From assembly GCA_965218095.1 (NCBI GenBank), contig OZ244587.1:2112001-2176000 (forward strand): a stretch of DNA of 64,000 nt, given 5' to 3'. The stretch comes from Candidatus Poribacteria bacterium. Its GTDB lineage: Bacteria; Poribacteria; WGA-4E; PCPOR2b. A model generated the notes under the pieces. The model had not been told where the DNA came from. It saw only the letters and a program-made list of their open reading frames with translations, and did no database searches. The translations under genes and the position numbers were made by a program. How positions within the stretch are numbered: the stretch's first letter is position 1; every line of letters starts with the position of its first letter. Positions 49,630-59,366 of this stretch are shown one piece after another.

Positions 49630-51441
49630 TTAATCATCCCCTGTGGCGGCTTCCCCCTCGACAGACGCATATTCCGCTTTTTTCTTGTCGCCCCATAAGC
49701 CGATCCAGAAAATGAAGCCGACGAGGGCAAAGAAAATCACCATAATCACGGCAATCACATTGACGGCATCGCCAAGCGCCGGTGTAAATGAATCCGGCGA
49801 GGTGTCGGGCATGACGCCAAAAATATGCCATGCCTCTCGGAGTCCCGACCGTGCGTAACCCATCAATCCCATCAGTGAGGTAAAGGTAATGGCGAGTAGA
49901 ATCAGCACATATTGTGACCGGTCTGTCATCTGCCCCCAGTTGATTTCGCTTGAACGCATCGCTTTCCGGTACATGATCAGGTCAATCACCGTTACCAAAA
50001 TCATGACGGCTAACGCGACCAGCACCTGAATCGGCGTCAGAACGTCGACGCGCAACTCAGCGGGGACTTTGAACCCTACGATCCCAATCGTAACAATCCC
50101 TGCGACAGCAAGCCCAGAAATAGCTGCGATGATGATATTGCCAGCCTTACTCCAACCCACCGTCGGCGTTTTACCGGATCGGCGGTAAAAAAGAAAGCTG
50201 AAAAAGGTGGTCAAGATGATGATATTGACAACCGTATTCTTTGCCGTCATCAAGCCGAATAATCCAACGAGAGGGTGATACTCACTTCCCATTGCAGCTT
50301 TCTCCCCGGGAGTAGCAATCAACGAGCGCGGTGTCATCCAGACCGCGACACATATAACAATGATCGTTACCATGTAGAGGCGATAGCGGGCGTATTTTTC
50401 CCCTCCTTCGATGCGGGTCATGCCAGACCAGAGGTAGTAATTCGCGCCGATGAACAACACGCCAATCATCACCGCCTGAATGATGAACAGCCACGAAAAC
50501 AGACTCCCCATCATGTTGATGCCCATCGTCTGGTTAAAATTGTAGATTTCTCGACCCAACCAGTAGCCGGCGAACGGCAGTGGGATAAGACCACACAGCG
50601 CGATAAAATTGCCGGTATATCCCATCCAGTCATAGTGGGCCTTGTCTTCTGTCGTTTTGGCAACCAAGAAACGAAAGGCGGCATAGGCGCCGACGATTGC
50701 ACCGCCGAAAGCCACATTTCCGATGAGACGGTGGATGTTGACGGGCATCCATGTATAGTTATTGACCGCCTGCCACATCGTACCGATGAATTGGCCGGTT
50801 TCGTCATGAAGCGGAATCGCCTTGTGTCCGGTCTTCGGACCCATAATTGCTGGGCTCGTCTGATATGTCAGCCATGCGTTCGAGACGAACATAATCGCCG
50901 TGCCGAACACGTTCAGGAGCACACCTAGAAACAGATGCCACATTTTCGACGCTTTGCCCTGCATCCGATCCCACCCGTAGGAGTAAAGGTAGAGCGTAAA
51001 GGTTTCCCCGAAGAACAGGAAGACGTAGAAAATCATCGTCGGACCGAAGATTCCTGTCATTTTGTTCATCACTTTGGGGTAACACCAAATGAGTACAAAA
51101 ACCAACACGCCGCCCATCAGGGCAGTTGTCGAGAACGCTCCCATGCAGAGTTTGATGAACTCCTGCGCCATTTTGTCATATCGTTTGTCCTTTGTTTTCA
51201 TTCCAACAAACTCAATGACAACTGCGAACATTGGGACCCCTAAGATAAAGGAACCGAACAGCAGGTGCAGTTGGGCGGCGATCCAGGCAGCGTTGCGGCT
51301 GCCAATCTTCGGGAAGGGACGGTACTCTGTGTCTGTCGCATCCTGAGCAAAGGCAGGCGCAATTGTCAGGAGCAGATAGATAGCAAGCAGCCCGAGAAAA
51401 AGGTATAACCTGTTTTTAGAGTCGGTGGGTATGAAATGCAT
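49630..51441 (-). CDS. Cytochrome bd-like oxidase subunit I (CydA-like, no Q-loop, no adjacent CydB)
   Basis: QLHLLFGSFILGVP, FFGETF, NIHRLIGN, MTAKN and MGYARSGLREAW (counterpart of GRQPW); polytopic membrane protein. Confidence 0.8.
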   Translation of the reverse strand: MHFIPTDSKNRLYLFLGLLAIYLLLTIAPAFAQDATDTEYRPFPKIGSRNAAWIAAQLHLLFGSFILGVPMFAVVIEFVGMKTKDKRYDKMAQEFIKLCMGAFSTTALMGGVLVFVLIWCYPKVMNKMTGIFGPTMIFYVFLFFGETFTLYLYSYGWDRMQGKASKMWHLFLGVLLNVFGTAIMFVSNAWLTYQTSPAIMGPKTGHKAIPLHDETGQFIGTMWQAVNNYTWMPVNIHRLIGNVAFGGAIVGAYAAFRFLVAKTTEDKAHYDWMGYTGNFIALCGLIPLPFAGYWLGREIYNFNQTMGINMMGSLFSWLFIIQAVMIGVLFIGANYYLWSGMTRIEGGEKYARYRLYMVTIIVICVAVWMTPRSLIATPGEKAAMGSEYHPLVGLFGLMTAKNTVVNIIILTTFFSFLFYRRSGKTPTVGWSKAGNIIIAAISGLAVAGIVTIGIVGFKVPAELRVDVLTPIQVLVALAVMILVTVIDLIMYRKAMRSSEINWGQMTDRSQYVLILLAITFTSLMGLMGYARSGLREAWHIFGVMPDTSPDSFTPALGDAVNVIAVIMVIFFALVGFIFWIGLWGDKKKAEYASVEGEAATGDD

Positions 51442-51518
51442 GATCTTGTGTCTCGCAATCTGAACGGGCGAAGGGACAATAATTCGCCGCTTCTCGTTAT
51501 GGCGGTGACTCAGCGATG

Positions 51519-52283
51519 TTACTTCGCGCCTTTTTTCTTGAAATCAGCATTCGTAAAATTGATCTCAAGTTCTCCGCTGGCAGAAACTTCGACAGCCTTG
51601 GCTTTTGTCGTTCCAAGCTCCTCGTGCCATGCTTGAATGCGATATTTGCCGGCAGGAACACCTTTGATTGCGTACGCCCCGTTATCGCTTGATGCTTCAT
51701 AATCGTCGGAACTGACCCACTTGCCATCTTTGCCCTTATAACCCGTCACGGCGTAATAGTCATTGTCTGCGACAAAGATATATCCCGCCATCCAATTGTG
51801 GATATCGCAGGTGAACTTAATAGCCTCGCGCTTTGCTAATTTCAGGGGGAAAGCTTTACCGGGGCCAGGTATCAGCCAATTGGGAGCTTCGTTTTTTTTC
51901 GCATGGGAATGAACGTTATGCGCAACCGGATCGCTGGATTGTATATCCACGGTCGTACCTGCAACCACTGCCAGAACGTGTGGGGTATATGCACATCCAA
52001 CTTGATCCATGACCGGATTTTTGGAAGGCGGTGTCGCCTTGGCTTTGCGTGCGCGTACATAGACAACTACATTCTTGATCCCTTTACCTTTGGAAACGAC
52101 AAGCGCCTCAGCCTTCGTTCCTTTTACAGCGTTGATACAGTGCTGGTCTTTGGTTGCCGTCAGGGGCTGGCGCGTAGGTGGAGCCCCATCATACGTGACC
52201 GTCCCGATGATTGTGGCGGCAGACGCGAAGCTGATTATGAATATGAAAAGACTAAGTGTCATCAGGGTCATTACGGTTTTCAT
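51519..52283 (-). CDS. Secreted cupredoxin-like / carboxypeptidase-regulatory-like protein, paralog
   Basis: Signal peptide, DQVGC, HNVH and CDIHNWM. Confidence 0.75.
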   Translation of the reverse strand: MKTVMTLMTLSLFIFIISFASAATIIGTVTYDGAPPTRQPLTATKDQHCINAVKGTKAEALVVSKGKGIKNVVVYVRARKAKATPPSKNPVMDQVGCAYTPHVLAVVAGTTVDIQSSDPVAHNVHSHAKKNEAPNWLIPGPGKAFPLKLAKREAIKFTCDIHNWMAGYIFVADNDYYAVTGYKGKDGKWVSSDDYEASSDNGAYAIKGVPAGKYRIQAWHEELGTTKAKAVEVSASGELEINFTNADFKKKGAK

Positions 52284-52394
52284 GATTTAATTTATCCTTT
52301 CTTTTTCTGAATACGATACTGCAAGGTTTTTGTAAAGATCGAACACTATAGTAGCATGATACAAAAAAGAGGACAAGGGTTAAAAACGAAAACA

Positions 52395-52410
52395 TCACGG
52401 ATATCCGTGA
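52395..52410. promoter_or_regulatory. Perfect 16-bp palindrome, candidate operator
   Basis: TCACGGATATCCGTGA about 110 bp upstream of the first gene of the bd-like module. Confidence 0.4.
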
Positions 52411-52676
52411 CACGATGACAGGCGCATATTCCGCTTTTACTGGCCCGTCGAAGTGGGTCGGAAATTTCCTTTGAACTCATGGTAATTCCTCAGTTGTATA
52501 ATCGCACCGACGGAAACGTGATTCTCTTGTTCCCTCTGTTCAATATTTCTGGAGATCTGCTCTGGCAGGGGATTGATATGCTCACTGAAATCATCGCCGA
52601 ACTTAATCAAGAAATGGACTCGTGATAACCAAATGCTCCACGCTAGGTCGATTTCTGAGGTTTCACCATTTACGCA

Positions 52677-54023
52677 TCACGCTTCCCAATTTCCTTTTCG
52701 TTTTCTATCCGCCGATCTATAGTAAATTCGCAGCGGCGTCCCGCTGAAGCCGAATGCCTCGCGGATACCGTTCATCAGATAGGCTTCATAATGGGGCTGG
52801 ATTTTATTCGCATGACGCGCAAAAAGTAGGAATGTTGGCGGTTGGGTCTTGATTTGTGTGATATATTTCAAGGCGGGACGAACACCACCGGCGCGTGGCG
52901 GTTGATGAGCGTTTTTGAGGTGTGCGAGAAGGTTATTTAACCCGTACGTGGGGACGCTCGTAGAATACTCGCGATGAATGACGAGCGTGAGATCGAGAAG
53001 TTTCATCACACGCTGGCCCGTAAGCGCCGAAACAAAGAGCAGTGGGACATAGGACAATTGTGGCATTTGGTGACGAATCGATTCGACAAACTGATTAAAC
53101 GTGGTATTATCCTTCTCGATCAGATCCCATTTGTTCACGACCAAAATACACGCTTTGCCCTGTCTGGCGATATAGCTTGCGATGGTTTTGTCTTGATGCG
53201 CGATTTCGCGAGTGGCATCGATAACAAGCCATGAAATATTGCTTTGACGAATGCTACGGATGGCACGCTGAACGGTGGCTTGTTCGAGTTGACTATCGAT
53301 TGCAGATTTTCGCCGCATCCCCGCGGTGTCGATTAGCTCAAACGGCACAGCGTCATGCACGAAACTGATGTTCACGGCGTCGCGTGTTGTGCCGGGCCGC
53401 TCATCGACAATCATCCGCTCCTCGCCGAGAATCGCGTTGATGAGCGACGATTTGCCTGCATTCGGACGGCCAACGATGGCAACCTTAATCCCTTTGGCAG
53501 GGGCATCGGGACTTTCTATTTCTGCTTCCGGCATGGCGAACACAACTTCGTCAAGCAGAATGTTAATCCCCATGTTCTGGGCGCACGAGATAAACAAAGG
53601 GTCACCCAAGCCAAGTTGATAAAACTCCGTTCCTTCGGTTTCCAGCCTCACATTATCCGCTTTATTGACGACGACGAAGATCTGCTTGTCCGTCTTTCGC
53701 AGCATGTCTGCAATCAGCAGGTCTTGCGGCATGATGCCTGTCTTTGCGTCAACCACAAACAGGATCGCCGTCGCTTCATTCAACGCTACTTCGACCTGCC
53801 ATTGCACACTATCAATGAGGTCATCCTCCGGATCGAGATCTAAACCGCCCGTATCGACAATCGTAAAGGCGTGGTCGTCCCACTCAACGTCCGCATAGAT
53901 CCGATCGCGCGTCACACCCGGCTGATCGTGGACGACAGCGATCCGTTCTTTGGCGATCAGATTAAAGAGAGAAGATTTCCCTACGTTGGGTCTTCCGACA
54001 ATTGCAACGATGGGTTGTGCCAT
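52677..54023 (-). CDS. der: Ribosome biogenesis GTPase Der/EngA
   Basis: Two GRPN.GKSS P-loops, DTGG/DTAG, NKAD/NKWD and a C-terminal KH-like domain; SD GGAGG. Confidence 0.97.
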   Translation of the reverse strand: MAQPIVAIVGRPNVGKSSLFNLIAKERIAVVHDQPGVTRDRIYADVEWDDHAFTIVDTGGLDLDPEDDLIDSVQWQVEVALNEATAILFVVDAKTGIMPQDLLIADMLRKTDKQIFVVVNKADNVRLETEGTEFYQLGLGDPLFISCAQNMGINILLDEVVFAMPEAEIESPDAPAKGIKVAIVGRPNAGKSSLINAILGEERMIVDERPGTTRDAVNISFVHDAVPFELIDTAGMRRKSAIDSQLEQATVQRAIRSIRQSNISWLVIDATREIAHQDKTIASYIARQGKACILVVNKWDLIEKDNTTFNQFVESIRHQMPQLSYVPLLFVSALTGQRVMKLLDLTLVIHREYSTSVPTYGLNNLLAHLKNAHQPPRAGGVRPALKYITQIKTQPPTFLLFARHANKIQPHYEAYLMNGIREAFGFSGTPLRIYYRSADRKRKGNWEA

Positions 54024-54069
54024 GAACGACGCCTCCTTTCTTGATACGAGCATAATGCGTAAAACATAT

Positions 54070-55722
54070 TCATGCTAGTTGTTTGGCTTCTGGAGCGTCG
54101 CCAGATTCTAGCGTCTCGATAACGCCGGCGCCAACGCTATCACCCCAGACGTTGACGGTTGTCCGACATCGGTCAAGGAACCAATCGATTGTCAGGATCA
54201 ACCCGATACCTTCAATCGGCAGCCCAACGGCTTTCAAGACAATCACCATCGTTACAAGTCCGGCCTCTGGGATGCCCGCCGCGCCGATGGCGGCAAGCGT
54301 CGCGGTCAGGAAGATGACCATCTGCTGGACGGGGCTCATGTCGATTCCATAGACTTGCGCAATGAACATCGCAGCAACGGCTTCGTAGAGGGCTGTGCCG
54401 TCCATGTTAATGGTCGCCCCGAGTGGCAGGACAAAACTCGCTGTCCGATTGGATACCCCATTTTCCTCCTCGGTTCCTTTCATTGTCAACGGCAGGGTCG
54501 CGGAACTTGAGGACGTGGAAAAAGCATTTAACAGCGCTGCCCCCATTCCCTTAGCGTAAGTCAATGGGTTTCGTCTCCCAATCAGAAAGAGGATTATCGG
54601 TAACACAACGATGCCGTGCATGAGGAGTCCGAATATGACAGTGAAACTATATTTCCCAACCGCAAGGAGTTCCGGCAGGAAGCCGCGGAAACCGCCGGCA
54701 TCGCCAATGCGCCCGGCGATCAACCCGAAGATGCCAATCGGCGCAAAGATCATGATCCAGTGGACGATTCGCATGACAGCGCCATTCAGGGCGGAGATAA
54801 CATCAGTGGCAAGCCGTCCGCGCTCACCCAAAATGGAAAGCGCCGCTCCAATCAGCAGCGAGAAGAAGATCAGCGGCAGAATGTCCGTGCGCACCATCGC
54901 GTTGAAAAGATTTCGCGGAATCAAGCCTTCTTTTCCAGTTGCCTTGTTTCCAATCAAAACCTCCGTTAACGTATTACCGACACTCCTTCCCTCTTTGCCA
55001 CGTACTTTTCCAGCAACGGGCAAATCAATTTTTACGCCTTTTCCTTCAAGTCGAAGCTGTGGTTCATCGGAAACGAGTTGTCCCTCAACGCGACGAAATG
55101 GTAGGCGCGTGTCATCATCTGCGATGACATAAATCGTCTCAGCCACTTCAAGGCGTTCCCACAACCTCACCGTAGCCGAGTTTTCGGTCATCGACTGAAG
55201 CATGCCCCGCATCCCCTGATCTGGCAGAATCAGCACATACTTCTGGTCATATCGTGTCTTCTCCCAACTGCTGTTCGTTAAAGTCACCGTGCGGTTATTT
55301 TCGCCGCCAACGGTATAGGTAAATTCCGGGTGTTCCTCGCCGCGGGAGATACCTGCCCCTGGTTGGATGATGTTAACTAGGATAAGACCAATGAACACTG
55401 AAATCCCGGTCGTCGCCATGTAGTAAAGGACAGTACGTCCGCCGATTGAACCGAGATTGCGAATATCCCCCAAGCCCGTAATGCCAACAATCATTGAAAG
55501 CATGACGAGGGGGACTACAATCATTTTCAAAGCGTTCAGAAATATATCGCCGAGCAGCGTCGTCTTCACCGCGAAGTTTGGCAGCCATCCGCCAACGACA
55601 AGTCCAACAATGATGGCGATGACGATGCCAACGAGGATGCGTTGGCTGCCACCTTCTGTTGATGCCTCCGAAGATGTAGGGGGATTTGTTTGAGCCATTT
55701 TAGGGGAATTTGTTTGAGCCAT
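54070..55722 (-). CDS. Dicarboxylate/amino acid:cation symporter (DAACS, GltP/EAAT-like) with a large loop insertion
   Basis: [25 protein letters not shown] and [16 protein letters not shown]. Confidence 0.92.
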   Translation of the reverse strand: MAQTNSPKMAQTNPPTSSEASTEGGSQRILVGIVIAIIVGLVVGGWLPNFAVKTTLLGDIFLNALKMIVVPLVMLSMIVGITGLGDIRNLGSIGGRTVLYYMATTGISVFIGLILVNIIQPGAGISRGEEHPEFTYTVGGENNRTVTLTNSSWEKTRYDQKYVLILPDQGMRGMLQSMTENSATVRLWERLEVAETIYVIADDDTRLPFRRVEGQLVSDEPQLRLEGKGVKIDLPVAGKVRGKEGRSVGNTLTEVLIGNKATGKEGLIPRNLFNAMVRTDILPLIFFSLLIGAALSILGERGRLATDVISALNGAVMRIVHWIMIFAPIGIFGLIAGRIGDAGGFRGFLPELLAVGKYSFTVIFGLLMHGIVVLPIILFLIGRRNPLTYAKGMGAALLNAFSTSSSSATLPLTMKGTEEENGVSNRTASFVLPLGATINMDGTALYEAVAAMFIAQVYGIDMSPVQQMVIFLTATLAAIGAAGIPEAGLVTMVIVLKAVGLPIEGIGLILTIDWFLDRCRTTVNVWGDSVGAGVIETLESGDAPEAKQLA

Positions 55723-55752
55723 TTGTTGATACCTCCTTCAGTTACCACATCT

Positions 55753-56118
55753 TTATGTTTTACTCAATATAACTTCTTTGATAAACGTCAGAAGATCTTG
55801 CTGTTGCTCATGGGTTAGATAGTAGGAAAACGCAGGCATATCCTTCTTTCCAAAGTTAATGCTATGGATGAGTTGTTCGTCACTGCGTTCCTCCCAAAAC
55901 GCCGCTGTCGTCAGATTTGCCGGTCTAAGCCGTTTGAAGCGCCCAATCCGACCATTACCTTCACCGTTTGCGCCATGACACCCAGCACAATATCTCGCAT
56001 AATTATACTCAACCTCAGAGCCATACCTGGTGCTTGGATCAACTGTGCGACAAAGCCAAATCAGCCAACTCAGGCTAGCGGCGATCATCGCAATGATGAT
56101 TAGAAGATGTCGGATCAT
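55753..56118 (-). CDS. Small membrane-anchored monoheme cytochrome c
   Basis: N-terminal TM helix, CAGCHG and MPAF. Confidence 0.85.
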   Translation of the reverse strand: MIRHLLIIIAMIAASLSWLIWLCRTVDPSTRYGSEVEYNYARYCAGCHGANGEGNGRIGRFKRLRPANLTTAAFWEERSDEQLIHSINFGKKDMPAFSYYLTHEQQQDLLTFIKEVILSKT

Positions 56119-56283
56119 TTGACTGTAGTTAGGGTTGGGTAGAAGTCACTGCCTTCAAGTGCTGACCACGAAATTTCCTCCAGGAGCGGAGGACGGTTAA
56201 ATACAAAGGGAATTCGGTCACGCTCCGAGCCAATTTTCATCAACCGCTCGGGGAATGGGTAATCGTTGAGGTCATCTGAAAAC

Positions 56284-58059
56284 TCAATGACCTTTAGTAG
56301 GCTTAATTTTCTTGACTAGCCGATATATAGATTTGGCTCGTTCTTCCAAAAAAACCATGTAGTCATCATCGTATAGACCATCAATAAAATCCTCAGCATT
56401 TGGTATCAAGTGGTTCTCCAAGCTCTTAACAAGTTTTGGGTTCGCCTTTTTTAAATCACTCAGGTATTTAGAGGGAGCCTTTTTCCCGATTTTTATATTT
56501 GTCAACTTAGGTATCAATGTGCGATTGGCAACTGAGTCAATATGTTCAATTACTTCTTCGTTATCTCTGTATTTACTCCGCAAGAAAGAATCAGGGAAAA
56601 TATGATGGGCTTCAAGGTTACTATTGAAAGACAAGCGATTGGTATTTTGCCAATCAATTAACCCTCCTTCACCAAAGTTAACCAGGTTTAGTATGCCCCT
56701 ATAAAGAGAACTCCCTTTATTGTTCAGTGAAAGAATCTCTTCCTTAGAATTAATCTGTATCCGAAGTTTGTCGCAATATGTCCTATCCGTAGTATGTCCG
56801 TCGTTGGCTATTTTTATCAATTTACCTGTATCTTCGAGGATTACTTCGTTTGATGAACCCGAATACCTTTGAGAAAAAATAGAACCCCAATACCAGTATC
56901 GAAGGAATTCATTTTGCCTCTCGTTCATTTGGGAAAAATCATGCCCTGGAAATTCTCTTAGAAACATAATCAAGGGAATCAACATATTTTCATAAGGCAT
57001 CCATGATTGAGAAAGTATGAAGTGGTTTTTGTAAAGCCAATCCAAACATTTTTGATATAGCTCACAAATTATCTCCCAGTGTTCGTTAAAGTCTTTGGCA
57101 GTCAAATTTTGAAGTATGTACGACCTAGCAATCTGACGATGTTGGCTCACGATATAGGCGATACACCTCACCACAATCTGAAGGTTAAGTAAGGTAAAGC
57201 GGTGTATGTCTTCAAACTCGACGGTTTTATCCCGCAGATTAAATCCACCGTATAATTTTGCGGTAAGAATATCAACGAAATTGAGTTGAATTCCTCTGCT
57301 GTTGCTTCTCTCAAAGAACAGAGCAAATTTTTCTTGGGTTGTGTCCAGCAGATAGTAGGAGATGAGTTTCTCCGCCTTGAATAAATCTTCTAACTTATTT
57401 AGGATTCCTAAAAACTTATCAAACAGTTCGTCAGATCGTTTTGAGTCTTGTGATACCCTTTTCCCAAACCTGGTGTTTTCAAAACATTCTCGTTTGTGAT
57501 CCTCACGTTTAATCTTCCCTTCAATAATTGACCACACATCGGCAATCTTCACCGACAATCGGTCTGGGTTCTCTTGCCCACTGATTTCAAAAAGGAGCTC
57601 CTCAAGATTTTGTCTGTTGATGCCTCTGCTTGATGCTTCATCATCAAGTTCGTCGTCGTTTTTGGTAACAAACCAGACCGAGTCAGCTTCCGTGAGCGCA
57701 CGATATATTGAAGTAATTCTTTGCTGACCGTCTAAAATCAAGTGAAAGTTAGTCGTTTTGACCTTCGCATTGATTTGCTCTTTAGTGTAATGCTCCTTTT
57801 TTAGTCCGTGTCTCCTTTTTCCCTTCTGTTTTCGAGGTCTACAATCTATTTCCCTTACAGTAATTTCAAATGAAGGCACACCATAAATCAGTGAACCAAT
57901 GAACACTCCTCGCACTAAAGAATCAAATAGGTCATAAGTTTTACTCACTTCCCACACGAATTCTCTTTGGAATTCAGGCAAGATGATGTTTTTGCCATCA
58001 ATATTCTCAATTAAACCCTTCAGTGACTCTGTGTTTGCCGTTTGAATGTCGTTTAACAT
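56284..58059 (-). CDS. DUF262 domain protein (GmrSD-like restriction endonuclease) with C-terminal HNH-like motif
   Basis: LPEFQREFVW, LDGQQRITS, FERSNSRG; EAHHIFP...ANRTLI...N; AT-rich relative to the window. Confidence 0.85.
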   Translation of the reverse strand: MLNDIQTANTESLKGLIENIDGKNIILPEFQREFVWEVSKTYDLFDSLVRGVFIGSLIYGVPSFEITVREIDCRPRKQKGKRRHGLKKEHYTKEQINAKVKTTNFHLILDGQQRITSIYRALTEADSVWFVTKNDDELDDEASSRGINRQNLEELLFEISGQENPDRLSVKIADVWSIIEGKIKREDHKRECFENTRFGKRVSQDSKRSDELFDKFLGILNKLEDLFKAEKLISYYLLDTTQEKFALFFERSNSRGIQLNFVDILTAKLYGGFNLRDKTVEFEDIHRFTLLNLQIVVRCIAYIVSQHRQIARSYILQNLTAKDFNEHWEIICELYQKCLDWLYKNHFILSQSWMPYENMLIPLIMFLREFPGHDFSQMNERQNEFLRYWYWGSIFSQRYSGSSNEVILEDTGKLIKIANDGHTTDRTYCDKLRIQINSKEEILSLNNKGSSLYRGILNLVNFGEGGLIDWQNTNRLSFNSNLEAHHIFPDSFLRSKYRDNEEVIEHIDSVANRTLIPKLTNIKIGKKAPSKYLSDLKKANPKLVKSLENHLIPNAEDFIDGLYDDDYMVFLEERAKSIYRLVKKIKPTKGH

Positions 58060-58105
58060 GATTTACTCCTAAGTCACGTGATAATGCTTGGCAATAGAGT
58101 TAATT

Positions 58106-59214
58106 GAGGGGTGTGCATAGTAGTTCATTGGAAAACAGCCGCCATATGAGAGATATTGCGAGCAGGTAACTTCCATATGGCATTGGCAATCATAGCCACT
58201 TGCACTGATAACACCCCGATAGCTAAACAACAGCGTACATTGAAAAACCCCTTGACCGGTAACTGCTTCTGTTGAGGAGTGGTGCCTATCACTTTAGCAA
58301 TCAAGTCAAACAACGGTTCAACCGAACTGCGACGTTTGCTTAAACAGAGACGCTGCTTGGGTTGGTTGATAAATCGATGATACGCCTTGGCAAACCGTCC
58401 CTTTGTCCATCTAAGTGCCGGGGTAATCAAAGCGACTTGTGCCTTCGCCCAACGACGGATACGGTCTGCTTGGGTATAGGCATCATCGGCAGTGAGTGTC
58501 TGCGGTGAAAGTTGTGTCAGAATCTCAGACGCTTTAGCATCTATCGCCCAACTTTCGGAGACCGACGCACGGTGCACAGTTATCAGTGTTGGGAACGCAC
58601 CTTGTGTGCAGATAATGTGAAGTCCGTAGCCATAGACCCAGCCATGATAACCACTCTTGCTCCACGTGGCATCGGTGTCGAGGTTGCGTAGATGTTTAGG
58701 TGCTTTTCCTGCTTTGCGGTCAGTTTGATGCCAGACGGGTCCTCGTGCCTTAAATAAACTTTTGTCGGCTACCAGATGAGCCAAGTTGAATTGTTGGGAC
58801 AAGTCAGTGGCATACTGACCGATAAACAATACAAATGCCTCTATCACTTCATATAATGCCTTATAGCGACGTGCAATCGTGGTTCGATGAGGGGGCTGTT
58901 GCCACCCCAGCATTTGTAACACTTCTGGGTGATTGATTAGCCACCGCCATTGCGTTTTGAAGCCATAGATGCCGTGAAACTGCATCAACATGAAGAAAAT
59001 GATAAACGAGGTGGTTGAATATGTCAATGGTTTTGCGTGTGTGACACCTGGTTTGTCAATACGGTGTTGCATAAACTGCTCAAAGAGTTGCATAATAAGA
59101 GTGACATAATCAGCCAACATTGGTCTTTGTACCATATTGGGGCTCCTTTTGCTATGATAACAATAGGAAACCCTTTTGGCTTGATTATGTCAACTATATT
59201 TATGCACACCCCTC
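58106..59214. mobile_element. Complete insertion sequence (1109 bp), 14-bp terminal inverted repeats, 8-bp target duplication
   Basis: GAGGGGTGTGCATA (58106-58119) and TATGCACACCCCTC (59201-59214); AGTTAATT at 58098-58105 and 59215-59222. Confidence 0.92.
58125..59135 (-). CDS. DDE transposase (DDE_Tnp_1-like; IS982/IS4-related, family uncertain)
   Basis: VADKS, DTDATWS...WVYGYGLH, TADDAY and RRSSVEPLF (D-D-E). Confidence 0.88.
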   Translation of the reverse strand: MVQRPMLADYVTLIMQLFEQFMQHRIDKPGVTHAKPLTYSTTSFIIFFMLMQFHGIYGFKTQWRWLINHPEVLQMLGWQQPPHRTTIARRYKALYEVIEAFVLFIGQYATDLSQQFNLAHLVADKSLFKARGPVWHQTDRKAGKAPKHLRNLDTDATWSKSGYHGWVYGYGLHIICTQGAFPTLITVHRASVSESWAIDAKASEILTQLSPQTLTADDAYTQADRIRRWAKAQVALITPALRWTKGRFAKAYHRFINQPKQRLCLSKRRSSVEPLFDLIAKVIGTTPQQKQLPVKGFFNVRCCLAIGVLSVQVAMIANAIWKLPARNISHMAAVFQ

Positions 59215-59366
59215 AGTTAATTGGAAATAAGCCGATTCTACAATATGTTGGGTAATAAACGACAATTTACTGCTAAATATTGTGGATTGTCGTTATTTCC
59301 AAATATGTCTAATGTACTTCAGTATTTGATGCGCCATGGTTTCTGACCTCAAACTAAAATCCCAAA

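Noticed and set aside
44963-51441. Calling the organism a nitrite oxidiser
   Set aside because: No molybdopterin catalytic or Fe-S subunit (NxrA/NxrB) is in the window, and the EbdC-like domain appears to lack the usual Met ligand.
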